Below, piece after piece: positions 19,011 through 29,917 of a DNA stretch of 64,000 nucleotides. A program made the position numbers and the translations under genes. The DNA comes from a virus. The notes beneath the pieces are model-generated. The model saw only the letters and a list, made by a program, of their open reading frames with translations. It was not told the origin of the DNA and did no database searches. The stretch covers positions 1 through 64,000 of IMG/VR virus record IMGVR_UViG_3300010157_000047; one strand, given 5' to 3'. Position 1 is the first letter of the stretch. The number at the start of each line of letters is the position of its first letter.

Positions 19011-19464
19011 AATCTATGCTGATGGCGCATGTAGCGGTAATCCAGGACCTGGGGGATCTGCCTATATAATCATTAAAGGAGGGGAGATAGTTTATAAAAG
19101 ACTATTCTCTTTTCCATTAACGACAAATAATTTCTGTGAACTGTTTGCTATTGTGGAATCTGTTAGATATGTTATAGATAATGATATTCTAGAATGTGAA
19201 ATATTTTCAGATAGCAAATATGTAGTTGATGGTATTAATTTATGGATGAATAAATGGATTAGTAATGATTGGAAAGGATCATCTAATCACAAAATAAAAA
19301 ATATTGAAATATGGCAAAATCTATACATATTATGGAAAACTACAACATCAATATCAAACATATCTATTCATTACGTAAAAGGTCATAGTACAAATAATTA
19401 TAATAATATAGTTGATAAACTAGCAAAAGAAGCAATAAAATTAAATGGAAATAATAAGAAATAA
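19003..19464 (+). CDS. rnhA: Ribonuclease HI
   Basis: IYADGACSGNPGPGG, TTNNFCEL, SDSKYV, VKGH...N..VDKLA. Confidence 0.95.
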   Translation: MIKIYADGACSGNPGPGGSAYIIIKGGEIVYKRLFSFPLTTNNFCELFAIVESVRYVIDNDILECEIFSDSKYVVDGINLWMNKWISNDWKGSSNHKIKNIEIWQNLYILWKTTTSISNISIHYVKGHSTNNYNNIVDKLAKEAIKLNGNNKK

Positions 19465-20209
19465 ATACTTAACAGTAATAAGCTATGTTAATTCCAAATT
19501 AAAAATATCAACTAAAAAGTATGATGATATAGTTGGAATCATTGATAATAATGTTCCAATATTTGATAGTGAATCAAATACATATGAAAATGGAAAAATA
19601 AAATTTAATGATAAATATATTTGGGAAAAAGATATGCTTGAATTTTCAGATATGAATCAAAAATTATATCTGTCATCCATTCTAAATGCTTCTTCAAAAT
19701 TTAATATACAAAATTCATTTTCATATTTAATATTAGAAGAAATAGATAATATATTGGATGATCAAATATTTGCAGATTTAATTAATAATGCTGATGATAT
19801 TGAAAATTTATCTAAAGAATTAGCAGATTCATATAATACATTAATTAAAAAATTAATATTATTTGATAATGAATTTAATAAATATGAATTTATTGAAATA
19901 TCAAAAGAAGAAATATTAGAAATAATTAACAATAAAAATTCTAATATATTTTGGGGAAAAATAAAAATTAAAATTAATTTAAAATCTATAATAAAAAACA
20001 CTAAAACATGGAAAAATTATCAAATTGGCATACTAAATATGATAAAAAATGGGAAGTCCGAGGTTCTAGTCGATATCATCAATTTAAAAACCGAGAAATT
20101 AGTAATGGAGCAAAAAAAATACGGAAATTCATTGTTATTAACAAAAAGATTTCAAATATTATTCCCCATGAAGACTTTGAGCTTGAATCAAGAAAACAAC
20201 AATTTTTAA
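19445..20209 (+). CDS. Hypothetical N/I-rich protein
   Basis: 254-aa ORF in extremely AT-rich DNA. Confidence 0.55.
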   Translation: MEIIRNKYLTVISYVNSKLKISTKKYDDIVGIIDNNVPIFDSESNTYENGKIKFNDKYIWEKDMLEFSDMNQKLYLSSILNASSKFNIQNSFSYLILEEIDNILDDQIFADLINNADDIENLSKELADSYNTLIKKLILFDNEFNKYEFIEISKEEILEIINNKNSNIFWGKIKIKINLKSIIKNTKTWKNYQIGILNMIKNGKSEVLVDIINLKTEKLVMEQKKYGNSLLLTKRFQILFPMKTLSLNQENNNF

Positions 20210-20250
20210 ATAAATTAAAAGATGAAAACTTATATAAAAATATGGAATAA
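20008..20250 (+). CDS. Hypothetical protein overlapping the previous gene
   Basis: 80-aa ORF with A-rich leader. Confidence 0.4.
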   Translation: MEKLSNWHTKYDKKWEVRGSSRYHQFKNREISNGAKKIRKFIVINKKISNIIPHEDFELESRKQQFLNKLKDENLYKNME

Positions 20251-21313
20251 TTCAAATAACAAATTGTCATATTATCAATTTTTAACAGCCATAATGGCAT
20301 TGCATATAGAGCTTGCAGAAGATTTAAAATGGAAAATTAAAATATCTCCATTATTATATAAAGTAAAAGAAAATCAAGATTATGCAGGATCATATAAAAG
20401 TGCAATAGTATTAAATTATAATAAAGAAGATAAAATTATTAGTATTTCATTATCGGCTATTAAAAATCACAATTATGAATCAAATGATTTAATAATATTA
20501 GATATTATTAAATTTTATGAGTTTAATTATTATTTTATTAAAAGATACTTATTGTTAGAAAATAAAATTGATTTAAATATTGAAGATGAATATGATATTC
20601 TTCGTAAATTATTTTATACTGAAAATTATAGATATCATTTACTATCAAATAAAAAATTATTATTTAATTTTATGTTATCAAATAATAAATTTAATAATAA
20701 AGATTTAAATCCATTAAAAAAATTAAATAATATTATCGATAATAAATTAGATTTTAATATTATTAGTTTTACAATTGGAGCTAAAATGAAAGAATCTATT
20801 ATTATTACTGATGAATTATTTGTTGAAATATTTGGATCAACATCACAGCAAATGATAGATAACTCCAAAAACATAATCGATCATACTTCAAATCAAGAAA
20901 TGACTAAATATTCTGATTATGGAAGTATTAATGGAGGAGCAGCAAGGATAATTAGGGAAAAATCTAAATCTATAATTAATATTGATGGAAAAACAATTTA
21001 TAATAATGAGTTTTTAGAAATGTCGGATTTAGAAATGGGACAATTATTAAAAATAATTGATAATATAGATTCTGAAAATATTATTAAAATTAATTTATTA
21101 GAAATAAATAATTATTTATATTCTAATAATAATAATCAAAAAGAATTTAAATTTTTATTTTTAAATTATAATATTGAAGCAAATAGGATTGCTAATGAAT
21201 TAAAAATTGCTGATATATATGTATTTGAAATTAAAAAAGATTTTATTATTCCAAAATTAACAAGATATAAATTAGAAATTGAAGATAATACAATAATTAT
21301 AAAAGAAAATTAA
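20222..21313 (+). CDS. Hypothetical N/I-rich protein
   Basis: 363-aa ORF. Confidence 0.6.
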   Translation: MKTYIKIWNNSNNKLSYYQFLTAIMALHIELAEDLKWKIKISPLLYKVKENQDYAGSYKSAIVLNYNKEDKIISISLSAIKNHNYESNDLIILDIIKFYEFNYYFIKRYLLLENKIDLNIEDEYDILRKLFYTENYRYHLLSNKKLLFNFMLSNNKFNNKDLNPLKKLNNIIDNKLDFNIISFTIGAKMKESIIITDELFVEIFGSTSQQMIDNSKNIIDHTSNQEMTKYSDYGSINGGAARIIREKSKSIINIDGKTIYNNEFLEMSDLEMGQLLKIIDNIDSENIIKINLLEINNYLYSNNNNQKEFKFLFLNYNIEANRIANELKIADIYVFEIKKDFIIPKLTRYKLEIEDNTIIIKEN

Positions 21314-22333
21314 ATGAAATATATATTTTACATAAGCTCAAATGCAACAAATTTGCATTGCTCAATAATAGATAATTCAAAATTAACTATTGCAACAGAT
21401 TTATTTTTAGATCATAAAAAAAAAGATGAAATGTATATAATTTATGATGATATTTCGAAAAATATATCTTTTTATAATAATATTAGTAAAGAAAGAAATT
21501 CTGAATATAAATTTATACAATTAAATATTCAATATAATATAATTTTTCCATTATTATTAAACACAATTAACAAAAAAATTAGTTTAAAAGGTAATTTTAA
21601 TAATTCACATTTTACAATAAAAGAGTTATTGCCATATTCACCAGATTTAAATAATTTAAATTCTTTATTTGTTAATAATAGTTTTTCAAATCCATTAACA
21701 TTAAGTATTGATAAGTTATCAAATCAATTATTAAATTATTTAGATAATGAAATTAATTTTAGTATTATATCAATTGCAAATAGCACATATTATGAATATG
21801 ATGAAAACGATTCAGAATCATATGAAACAGAATACCAATCAGCGAAAAATATATCTGGTATTTCTACTTCATTTTATAATATATCAAATGAATCAGAATT
21901 ATTTGGTTGTAACATAGATGAATTTTTCAATGCAATGAAAGATTTTGACATCAAAGAACAAGTTAAAGATTGGATAAATGGATCAATAGACGATAATTAT
22001 ATATTTAATGAACATATTTATGAAGAATCAGATGATGATGATTATAAATTAACTATTAATGAGGACTTAACATATCATGATTTTTCAATACCATTTATTG
22101 CAATTAAATATAATAATGAATCAATAGTAATTAAATATAGTGATTTCCTTAATTCTATAGATATATCTGTTAAAATATTTAGATATTGTTTTGATGAAAT
22201 GAAAAATGTATCCTTAATAAAAGAAAAATATTATTCAAATTCAATTACAAATCACGGAAATATTCATACATTAGGAAATTTATTTGATTTTAAATATCCA
22301 TCAATAAATGCTTATACATTAGAAAATGAATAA
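21314..22333 (+). CDS. Hypothetical acidic N-rich protein
   Basis: 339-aa ORF. Confidence 0.6.
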   Translation: MKYIFYISSNATNLHCSIIDNSKLTIATDLFLDHKKKDEMYIIYDDISKNISFYNNISKERNSEYKFIQLNIQYNIIFPLLLNTINKKISLKGNFNNSHFTIKELLPYSPDLNNLNSLFVNNSFSNPLTLSIDKLSNQLLNYLDNEINFSIISIANSTYYEYDENDSESYETEYQSAKNISGISTSFYNISNESELFGCNIDEFFNAMKDFDIKEQVKDWINGSIDDNYIFNEHIYEESDDDDYKLTINEDLTYHDFSIPFIAIKYNNESIVIKYSDFLNSIDISVKIFRYCFDEMKNVSLIKEKYYSNSITNHGNIHTLGNLFDFKYPSINAYTLENE

Positions 22334-22874
22334 AATAGATTTTAATTTTATTATATATTCTGGATTAAAAGATGGATTAACAGTTGATGAATCTATTGAG
22401 CTTGCTGTATTATGTGGATTGACAAAAGGATTAGTGATAAATCTATATTCTAGCGTCATTAAAAGCTTGCAAGAGCAAGGATATATTGATGAAGAATCTA
22501 AAGCATTACCAAGTGCATTGAAAGTATTCAGAAATATAAAAAATGATAATTCTCAACTTGCAAGAAAGTTAAGGGAATTATATCCTGCTGGAATGAAAGA
22601 TGATCGTTGGCCTTGGAGGGGTACAATATCTTCTGTATCTGAAAGATTAGATGAATTCAATAAAATGTATCCTGATATTAATGAAGAAGAAATTATTCAG
22701 ACTACTAAAGATTATTTAGCTAAATTTACTGAAGATGGAGGAAGATCTTTATTGATCTATTTTATATGGAAAACAATTGATGGAAGTAAAAGAAGCATAC
22801 TTGCTGATTGGGCATATGCAAAAAGGGAAAATAAATCCGAAGTAAAAATTAAAAGTAATATTGATCAAATATGA
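22326..22874 (+). CDS. Putative replication initiator / helicase-loader-like protein
   Basis: N-terminal wHTH (LQEQGYI); LRELYP..K.....WRG; immediately before helicase. Confidence 0.5.
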   Translation: MNKIDFNFIIYSGLKDGLTVDESIELAVLCGLTKGLVINLYSSVIKSLQEQGYIDEESKALPSALKVFRNIKNDNSQLARKLRELYPAGMKDDRWPWRGTISSVSERLDEFNKMYPDINEEEIIQTTKDYLAKFTEDGGRSLLIYFIWKTIDGSKRSILADWAYAKRENKSEVKIKSNIDQI

Positions 22875-22893
22875 TTTAGTTTAAGTATCTTTG
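22861..22893 (+). promoter_or_regulatory. Bacteroidota sigma70-type promoter for the replication genes
   Basis: TTG-N22-TATCTTTG upstream of the helicase ATG. Confidence 0.55.
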
Positions 22894-22936
22894 TAATACA
22901 TCTTTAGCTCAATAGAGATAAGTTAATTTATGTATT

Positions 22937-24058
22937 ATGGAATATCAAAAATCAAATCTTTATGATGAAACATTATCTAAACTTCGTGAGAACAAAGGCA
23001 AGAGACTTTCTGGTGAGATAATAGCAATACCATGGAGTTTACCTAGACTAAGTAGGGTATTGCCTGGCATTGAGCCAGAAAAGATCATTGTTGTTACAGC
23101 AGGCCCTAAAGTTGGTAAAAGTCAATTGGCCAATTTTTTATATGTATTTCAACCAATAGATTATTTATTTGAACACCCTGAATGCAATTTAGATATTAGG
23201 ATATTTTATTTTTCCTTAGAAATATCCAAAGAAGCTATAATACGACAGGCTATGTCATATAGATTATTTAAAAAGTATGGAATTATAATATCACCACAAA
23301 AACTCTTATCAGTATATACAGATTATGTATTAGATGATAATATAGAAAAATTATTAGAGATAGAAAAGCCATGGTTTGACTTTTTAGAATCTAAGATGGA
23401 TCTACAAGATGAGGTCCGTGGTGCTACAGCCATATTTAAACATATGGAAACATATTTTGAAGCCAATGGGGTATGGACATATAAAGCAATAAAGTTTGGA
23501 GATGAAACTAAGACAGTTAGAGATAGATACGCTACAAATCATCCTAATTTGATCGTTGAAGTAATCTCAGATCATATTGGTTTATTGCCAGCAGAAGGAC
23601 AGCTAGATCAACGTGAAACCATTGGTAGATTTTCATCAGATTATTCATTAAAGCTAAGAGATAAATACAAAGCTTGCTTAGTACACATACAACAACAAGC
23701 ATTAATGGGTAGTCAGCAGCAATTTACTAATAGTGGTAAATCAATCATTGAAAAACTTAAGCCAGAAGTAGGTAATCTTGCCAATAATAAAGAAGTTAGC
23801 AGAGATGTTAATCTTATGATAGGATTATTTGCACCGCATAAGTTTGGATTTGAAACCTATAAAGATTATGATTTAGGCAGACTCAAAGATAATCACAGAG
23901 AGCTAATCATAATGCTTAATAGAGATGGTATATCATCGGCATCAATAGATCTGTATTTTCAGGGAGCAAGTTCATATTTTAGTGAATTACCAAGACCCGA
24001 AGATATGCAAGAGTCAAATTATTTAGAGATAGAACAAGTTAGAAACAAAACAATTTAA
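22937..24058 (+). CDS. DnaB-like SF4 replicative helicase
   Basis: Walker A GPKVGKS, FSLEI, DHIGLL, HIQQQ, LNRDG. Confidence 0.88.
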   Translation: MEYQKSNLYDETLSKLRENKGKRLSGEIIAIPWSLPRLSRVLPGIEPEKIIVVTAGPKVGKSQLANFLYVFQPIDYLFEHPECNLDIRIFYFSLEISKEAIIRQAMSYRLFKKYGIIISPQKLLSVYTDYVLDDNIEKLLEIEKPWFDFLESKMDLQDEVRGATAIFKHMETYFEANGVWTYKAIKFGDETKTVRDRYATNHPNLIVEVISDHIGLLPAEGQLDQRETIGRFSSDYSLKLRDKYKACLVHIQQQALMGSQQQFTNSGKSIIEKLKPEVGNLANNKEVSRDVNLMIGLFAPHKFGFETYKDYDLGRLKDNHRELIIMLNRDGISSASIDLYFQGASSYFSELPRPEDMQESNYLEIEQVRNKTI

Positions 24059-24062
24059 TTAA

Positions 24063-24785
24063 ATGGAGTTACCATTAAAAAAAGTAGTTGGAACAAAAAA
24101 AAATCCTGGATTTATGGTCATAGCAGGATTTCAAAAGTCTGGTAAAACAACAGCATTAGCAAATTTAGAGGATAATTTAATCCTTGATATTGAAGGTGGC
24201 TGTGACTTTATGGATGCAATGAAGGTTAGGATTAATAATCTTCGTGATTTTAGTGATTTGATTAGATCATTGCAAGCTAGTGAGCATAAATATCGGTTCA
24301 TTACAGTTGATACTGGAACAAAACTAGAGGATATTGCTAATGAATTTGCAGTAATTAATCATCAAAAATCTCCTATTGGTAAACGATGGGTAGGCAATCC
24401 AAAGGAGATATTATTGTTAGCAAATGGATTAGGCTATTCTTTACAGAGAAATGCTTATTTGGAGCTGTTAGAGTGGTTAAAGCCATATTGCCAAACATTA
24501 ATATTAGTATGTCATGTTAAAAACAGCTCATTTCAAAAAGATGGTGAAGAAATATCTATGGTAGATATTAGCTTAACTGGTCAATTAAAAACTATTGTAG
24601 CTGCTAATGCAGATGCAGTGGGTATGTTTTATCGTAAAAAAAATCAATCAATTTTATCATTTAGAGGTGGTGAAAGCTTTTTAGTTGAGGCAAGACCAGA
24701 ACATCTAAGGGGTTCAGAATTTGTTGTCATAGAATCAGATGATAAAAATAATATGACGTTTAATTGGGATAAAGTATTTGTATAA
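24063..24785 (+). CDS. AAA ATPase (Sak4/AAA_24-like)
   Basis: GFQKSGKTT, LDIEGG, ITVDT, ILVCHVK, ADAVG. Confidence 0.85.
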   Translation: MELPLKKVVGTKKNPGFMVIAGFQKSGKTTALANLEDNLILDIEGGCDFMDAMKVRINNLRDFSDLIRSLQASEHKYRFITVDTGTKLEDIANEFAVINHQKSPIGKRWVGNPKEILLLANGLGYSLQRNAYLELLEWLKPYCQTLILVCHVKNSSFQKDGEEISMVDISLTGQLKTIVAANADAVGMFYRKKNQSILSFRGGESFLVEARPEHLRGSEFVVIESDDKNNMTFNWDKVFV

Positions 24786-24807
24786 TAATTAATAAATAAA
24801 TAAATAT

Positions 24808-25533
24808 ATGTTTGGTACAAAAGGAGTTGACACAGCAGAGAAAAGTGGAGTAAGTAAATACCTTAACTATGGTATTGTAATTGCAAAAATTAATGGCATT
24901 GCCGTTGAAAAAGCAAGATCAACAGATAGTAAAAGAATTGTATTTTCATTAGAAGGAAAACCAGTAGATGATGGCTCATTTATTGGAGTAGATGGTGCTA
25001 AAGGTCCAATAGGTAAGATGTCTACTAATTACATGAATTCTGATAAATCATATCAAGATTTTATGCGTCAAATTGGTGTAATTGCAGATAAGCTTGGGTT
25101 ACGTGCGCAAATAGATACTGTGTCAGGAAGCACAATTGAGGAATATATCGCTAAAGTATCTCAATTATTTGTTGGTAAACCATTATGCTGGAATATTGGC
25201 GGTGAGGAATATACTGAAGGTAAATTTGCATTGAAACTACAAAGATATAGTTTTGTTAAATCATTATCAGAAGTAGATGCAACATCTTTAACATATGATG
25301 GTTATATTGGTGTTGATATTAAAGATTATAATGGTATGTCTACAATGAATTTTGATAAGACTAATAAATACCATTTTACTCCTTATGTTCAGCCAGATGC
25401 AGGATTTGAATTGCCAGGAGCAACATCATTTTTCACAGATGTAAGCAATGTAGCATCTATCGACTCGTCTTTCACTACTACTTCTAGCCCTGATATTTCA
25501 TCAGGACTTAAAATGGGTGATCTTCCCTTTTAA
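24808..25533 (+). CDS. Single-stranded DNA-binding protein
   Basis: Between ATPase and primase; low-complexity linker ending in the SSB-type tail DLPF. Confidence 0.65.
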   Translation: MFGTKGVDTAEKSGVSKYLNYGIVIAKINGIAVEKARSTDSKRIVFSLEGKPVDDGSFIGVDGAKGPIGKMSTNYMNSDKSYQDFMRQIGVIADKLGLRAQIDTVSGSTIEEYIAKVSQLFVGKPLCWNIGGEEYTEGKFALKLQRYSFVKSLSEVDATSLTYDGYIGVDIKDYNGMSTMNFDKTNKYHFTPYVQPDAGFELPGATSFFTDVSNVASIDSSFTTTSSPDISSGLKMGDLPF

Positions 25534-25542
25534 TTAAAATCA

Positions 25543-26556
25543 ATGATTTTCAGCACACAACGTCCAGCGAGTAAGCAATTACTCCTGGACAACGTGTCTG
25601 AATTAGATATATTTATATTATTTTGTAAGAATTTTAAAACTGTGGGCAAAAGATTTAAATCTCCAATATCTGTTGATGGAAGATCAAATACTGGCATAGA
25701 TGCTGCAAATATACTTTATAGAGATGGTGTGTTTAGGCTATATGACCATAGAGCTGGCCAATCATTTGATGCATTTTCATTTGCAATGTTAATGACTGGG
25801 TTAGATTTTAAAGATACTGTTAAATATTTATGTGATTCATTTGGATTAACGCATAATGATAATGTTGAAATAAAGTCTAGAGGATCTTTAATATCAAAAG
25901 ATGCTATATTTGAAACATCTAAAGAATATGTAATAGATGTTAAATATAAAAAATGGTCGCAAGAATCAATACAATATTGGATTAATCATGGATGGCTTCC
26001 GCATATGCTAGATAAAGCATGCATTAGGCCAATAGAAAAGTTTTGGATGTCAAATAATAATGAATATAGGATTGAATATAATAGGCCATTAATAGGGCCT
26101 ATTTCTTTTTCATATGATTTCATAGAATTAGATGGAATATTTAGAAGAAAAATATATAATCCATTGGCAGAAAGAAAAAGTTTTAAATGGAAAAATAATA
26201 CAAATAAATCAATAATTCAGGCATTAAATACAATTGATTATCATGTAGATACACTATATATAGTATCTTCAATGAAAGACTGCGGTCCATATTGGACGCT
26301 ATTAGGTAAGCCATGCGCAATAGCACCAAACTCAGAAAGCTCATTATTTAGCCCTAATCAAGTAAGAATGATTAGACAAATATCTGACAAACAGATAATA
26401 TGGTATGATAATGATACAACTGGAAAATATAATGCTATACGTCAAGCAAATCTATATGGATTTGATTATAAATGGAATCCACAAAATGGCCCTAAAGATC
26501 AATCTGATTATGTAAAAGAAAGAGGATTAAAAGAATTTAGAAAATTAATATTATGA
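25543..26556 (+). CDS. DNA primase (TOPRIM)
   Basis: KIYNP..KW, IVSSMKD, APNSE, YDNDTTG, KDQSD. Confidence 0.85.
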   Translation: MIFSTQRPASKQLLLDNVSELDIFILFCKNFKTVGKRFKSPISVDGRSNTGIDAANILYRDGVFRLYDHRAGQSFDAFSFAMLMTGLDFKDTVKYLCDSFGLTHNDNVEIKSRGSLISKDAIFETSKEYVIDVKYKKWSQESIQYWINHGWLPHMLDKACIRPIEKFWMSNNNEYRIEYNRPLIGPISFSYDFIELDGIFRRKIYNPLAERKSFKWKNNTNKSIIQALNTIDYHVDTLYIVSSMKDCGPYWTLLGKPCAIAPNSESSLFSPNQVRMIRQISDKQIIWYDNDTTGKYNAIRQANLYGFDYKWNPQNGPKDQSDYVKERGLKEFRKLIL

Positions 26557-26966
26557 GTTTAAAAATAGCAGTATATGGCTCATTGAGAGCTGGAATGGGT
26601 AACAATAGAGTGATTGATAGTTCTAAATTATTATCTTCAGAAAATGTATCATTACCATTTGAAATGATTGATTTAGGATCATTTCCGGGATTGATTAAGT
26701 CAAATAGTATCAATGATATTCATATGGAGATATATGAAGTAGACCCAGTTGTATATCAAAGAGTTGAAAGGCTTGAAGGCTATCCGTCATTTTATGATAG
26801 AGAATTAATAGAAACATCAGCTGGAGCAGCAGAAGTTTATTTTCTACCAAGAGATCATGGAAGAGAATATGAAAGATATCCTAGAGTAACAAAAACAAAT
26901 AATTCCTATGATTGGGTAAATCATATAAAAAGAGTTAGAAATTCAAAATTCCATGAAAATGATTAA
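26553..26966 (+). CDS. Gamma-glutamylcyclotransferase (AIG2-like)
   Basis: AVYGSLR.G..N, FPGL, EIYEV, LEGYPSFYDR. Confidence 0.9.
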   Translation: MSLKIAVYGSLRAGMGNNRVIDSSKLLSSENVSLPFEMIDLGSFPGLIKSNSINDIHMEIYEVDPVVYQRVERLEGYPSFYDRELIETSAGAAEVYFLPRDHGREYERYPRVTKTNNSYDWVNHIKRVRNSKFHEND

Positions 26967-27195
26967 ATATAGAATAGATATGTATAGAAAGTTAGCATCT
27001 TCACCTATTGAAACACCAGTATTTTTTAGGTCTCAATTTGTTACTATCTCCAAAGATAAAGAATTATCAGATATTGTTAGTTTATTGGGCAACTATCAGC
27101 CGTCAAGACTGCAAGATGATGAATATGATTATGTATCGTCAGATGGTGCATTATCAATAAAGGAATATAATGAAGATTTAAAAAAATACGTATGA
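26953..27195 (+). CDS. Hypothetical protein
   Basis: 80-aa coupled ORF within the ligase cluster. Confidence 0.55.
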   Translation: MKMIKYRIDMYRKLASSPIETPVFFRSQFVTISKDKELSDIVSLLGNYQPSRLQDDEYDYVSSDGALSIKEYNEDLKKYV

Positions 27196-27980
27196 GTTAT
27201 CCTGTAAAATTAAGAACTAAAAATCATAGTGCTAATGGATTAAAAAATCTATTAAAAACTATACGTACTACCAAGCCATTTGTTGTAAGGCTTGGTAGTA
27301 GAACTCCTATTGAAATCATATTCCCTAAATCACATGCAAAGGCAATAGAAATCAATACTGTTCAATCAATTGAAAATAGTAGGAATAAATTGCTTATGAA
27401 AGATTGCTTTAAGGAATTAGAAGTATCACAATCTAATTGGTGGAAAGGACCGCATATTGACATAGAATTTTCAGAACCTAGATTTCCATTATTAGTGAAA
27501 AAGATATATGGATTTAAAGGGAAAGGGATGGTAAAGCTGGACAATGAAGAGCAATATCATGAATATGCTAATTCAACATATATAAATGATTGCTATTTTG
27601 AAGAATATAAAAACTTTGGTAAAGAATATAGAATTCATGCAACACAAGATGAAGTATTTTTATCTTGGAGAAAAATGAGGAAACTTGAAGCTGAAGAAAA
27701 ATGGTTTTTTAATTCTACAAATTGTAATTGGATATCTGAAGATAATGAGCTATTTGAAAAACCTGAAATATGGGATCTAATGTGCCAACATGCAATTAAG
27801 GCAATTAAATCTACTGGATTAAATATTGGTGCAGTAGATGTTAGATGCAAAATGAATCCTAAAAATGAATCGGACTTTATTGTATGTGAAGTAAATAGTG
27901 CACCAGAACTTGGTGAAGTAGGAACAATTAAATATTTTGAAATATTAATTAAAATAATTAAAAATCATGATTCCAATTAG
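27192..27980 (+). CDS. ATP-grasp ligase (RimK-like)
   Basis: NK, KKIYGFKGKG, KEYRIH, GAVDV, EVNSAP. Confidence 0.85.
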   Translation: MSYPVKLRTKNHSANGLKNLLKTIRTTKPFVVRLGSRTPIEIIFPKSHAKAIEINTVQSIENSRNKLLMKDCFKELEVSQSNWWKGPHIDIEFSEPRFPLLVKKIYGFKGKGMVKLDNEEQYHEYANSTYINDCYFEEYKNFGKEYRIHATQDEVFLSWRKMRKLEAEEKWFFNSTNCNWISEDNELFEKPEIWDLMCQHAIKAIKSTGLNIGAVDVRCKMNPKNESDFIVCEVNSAPELGEVGTIKYFEILIKIIKNHDSN

Positions 27981-29139
27981 TTATACATTAAATAAATATT
28001 TGAATGAAAATGAAACCATTAAAAATTATTTTAATGTAACTGGATGTACTGAATATCCAGCTAAAGATTTCAGAGTATTAGAATATGTATCATTTCCCTT
28101 TTATATACTTAATAATGAAACATATAAAGAATTAGCAAGAGATGTTAAATTATTACTAGGACATACATATACTAAAAAGAAATATATGATTGAATGCTTA
28201 AAAATGATTGACAGCATTTTTAAAGACATGAAAGATAAAGATGGCAATCAATTTTTTAGACTATATAAATTCGAGGATTTAAAAAATAATATAAAAAAAA
28301 TAACAAAAAATAACTGTAATTTAGTATTAACTGATAATAAAATTAATAGTCAGAATATATTAGGAAGGACAATTAATGAAACATCATTTAAGGATAATGA
28401 TCCAGTTGGAATATTAACAGATTGCTACAATATTAGAAAATATTTTGATTGTAGAATTAAAATTGATAATTCACCAGAAAAACCAGGTGATTGCAGAAAA
28501 GTTCAATTTGCACATACTGCATTAAGGCTTATATATTGCAATAATTATAATATTATGCTGTATGCATTAACATTATATAAAAAATATAAAATTTCAGCTT
28601 ATTATGCATTATGGTTGGCTTATAATCTTAAATATTCATGTAATTCAGATAATTCTAATTATGGTGATTTATTTAAATTTAATGATTCATTTTCAACAGA
28701 GAAAATATTTGGAAAAAGATTTGAAGATAAAAAATTAATATATTCCGTACAATCTCATTTTGATTCTGAAAAATCTGAATTTTATGAATATACAAAAAAT
28801 AAATTTAAAAATAAAATATTTGAATCTAATAAATCAATAACTGAATTTATAACTGGACATAATAATTTTTCTCATGAATTAATTATTAAATCATTATCTA
28901 AATTAGATCTTTCAGATAAAATAAAAGATCTATATAATAAAGGCAAAGAATCAATTGAAGATATTGATGAAAAAGTTAATTTTAAATTTAATGATCAATT
29001 ATTTAATTCAACAATTGTTAATGTTAAATACAAAGGTATAATCATAAGAGGCGAAAAATTAAATAGAATAATTTTTAAAGATGAAAATGAAATAGTGTTA
29101 TCAGTATTACAAAATAGTAAATTTATACAAATTATTTAA
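27967..29139 (+). CDS. Hypothetical protein in the ligase cluster
   Basis: 390-aa coupled ORF. Confidence 0.6.
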   Translation: MIPISYTLNKYLNENETIKNYFNVTGCTEYPAKDFRVLEYVSFPFYILNNETYKELARDVKLLLGHTYTKKKYMIECLKMIDSIFKDMKDKDGNQFFRLYKFEDLKNNIKKITKNNCNLVLTDNKINSQNILGRTINETSFKDNDPVGILTDCYNIRKYFDCRIKIDNSPEKPGDCRKVQFAHTALRLIYCNNYNIMLYALTLYKKYKISAYYALWLAYNLKYSCNSDNSNYGDLFKFNDSFSTEKIFGKRFEDKKLIYSVQSHFDSEKSEFYEYTKNKFKNKIFESNKSITEFITGHNNFSHELIIKSLSKLDLSDKIKDLYNKGKESIEDIDEKVNFKFNDQLFNSTIVNVKYKGIIIRGEKLNRIIFKDENEIVLSVLQNSKFIQII

Positions 29140-29140
29140 T

Positions 29141-29908
29141 ATGGAATTTTCAATAGGTAGTGACCCAGAAGCATTTATTATCAATAATAATAGTGGGCTA
29201 GTAGTATCATCTAAAAGATTTACAGATGGTACAAAATCAAAACCAGAAGATTTAGGCAATGGTTATGCATTATTAAATGATAATATTTTAATAGAAGGAA
29301 ATGTTCCTCCTGCTAATAATAAGTATCAATTCTTAGATAATATGGCACATTTATGGAAAACTATGAATCATAGAGCTAGCGAGAGAAATGCTCATATTCA
29401 TAATTCTGATTGTGAAGAAATATCTAATGCTTTAATGGAAACAGAAGAAGCAAAAGAATTCGGCTGTTCATCATTTAATGATGCATGGAATGATTCATTT
29501 GAAATTGATACTCCTCAATTAAATGGCAATAATAGACCAGCTGGATGCCATATTCATATAGGATTAGACAATGCCTCAGAAAGCCTTAAAATGGCCATAG
29601 TTAGATCATTTGATATGTTTGTAACACTACCAGCATTAGAGATAACTGGTATGAATTACAGAACATCAAATCTATACGGATTATTAGGTGCTTGCAGGAT
29701 TAAATCTTATGGTGTTGAATGTAGGTCTTTAGGTGGCACATTTTTTAATCCTCAATATTTTGGATGGATATATGACAATGTAAAAATAGCTGTTAATTAT
29801 GCAGCTGAAAATGAAGAATTACTGTTAAATATGCCAAATATTACATCTTACATTGGAGAAGAAAGAATAAAAATTGTAAAGAATTATAAAAAATTATTCA
29901 TTAATTAA
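29141..29908 (+). CDS. phiEco32-like COOH-NH2 ligase (type 2)
   Basis: IGSDPE, DNILIEGNVPP, FGC, RPAGCHIHIG, GACRIKSYGVECRSL. Confidence 0.85.
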   Translation: MEFSIGSDPEAFIINNNSGLVVSSKRFTDGTKSKPEDLGNGYALLNDNILIEGNVPPANNKYQFLDNMAHLWKTMNHRASERNAHIHNSDCEEISNALMETEEAKEFGCSSFNDAWNDSFEIDTPQLNGNNRPAGCHIHIGLDNASESLKMAIVRSFDMFVTLPALEITGMNYRTSNLYGLLGACRIKSYGVECRSLGGTFFNPQYFGWIYDNVKIAVNYAAENEELLLNMPNITSYIGEERIKIVKNYKKLFIN

Positions 29909-29917
29909 TAGTTATAT

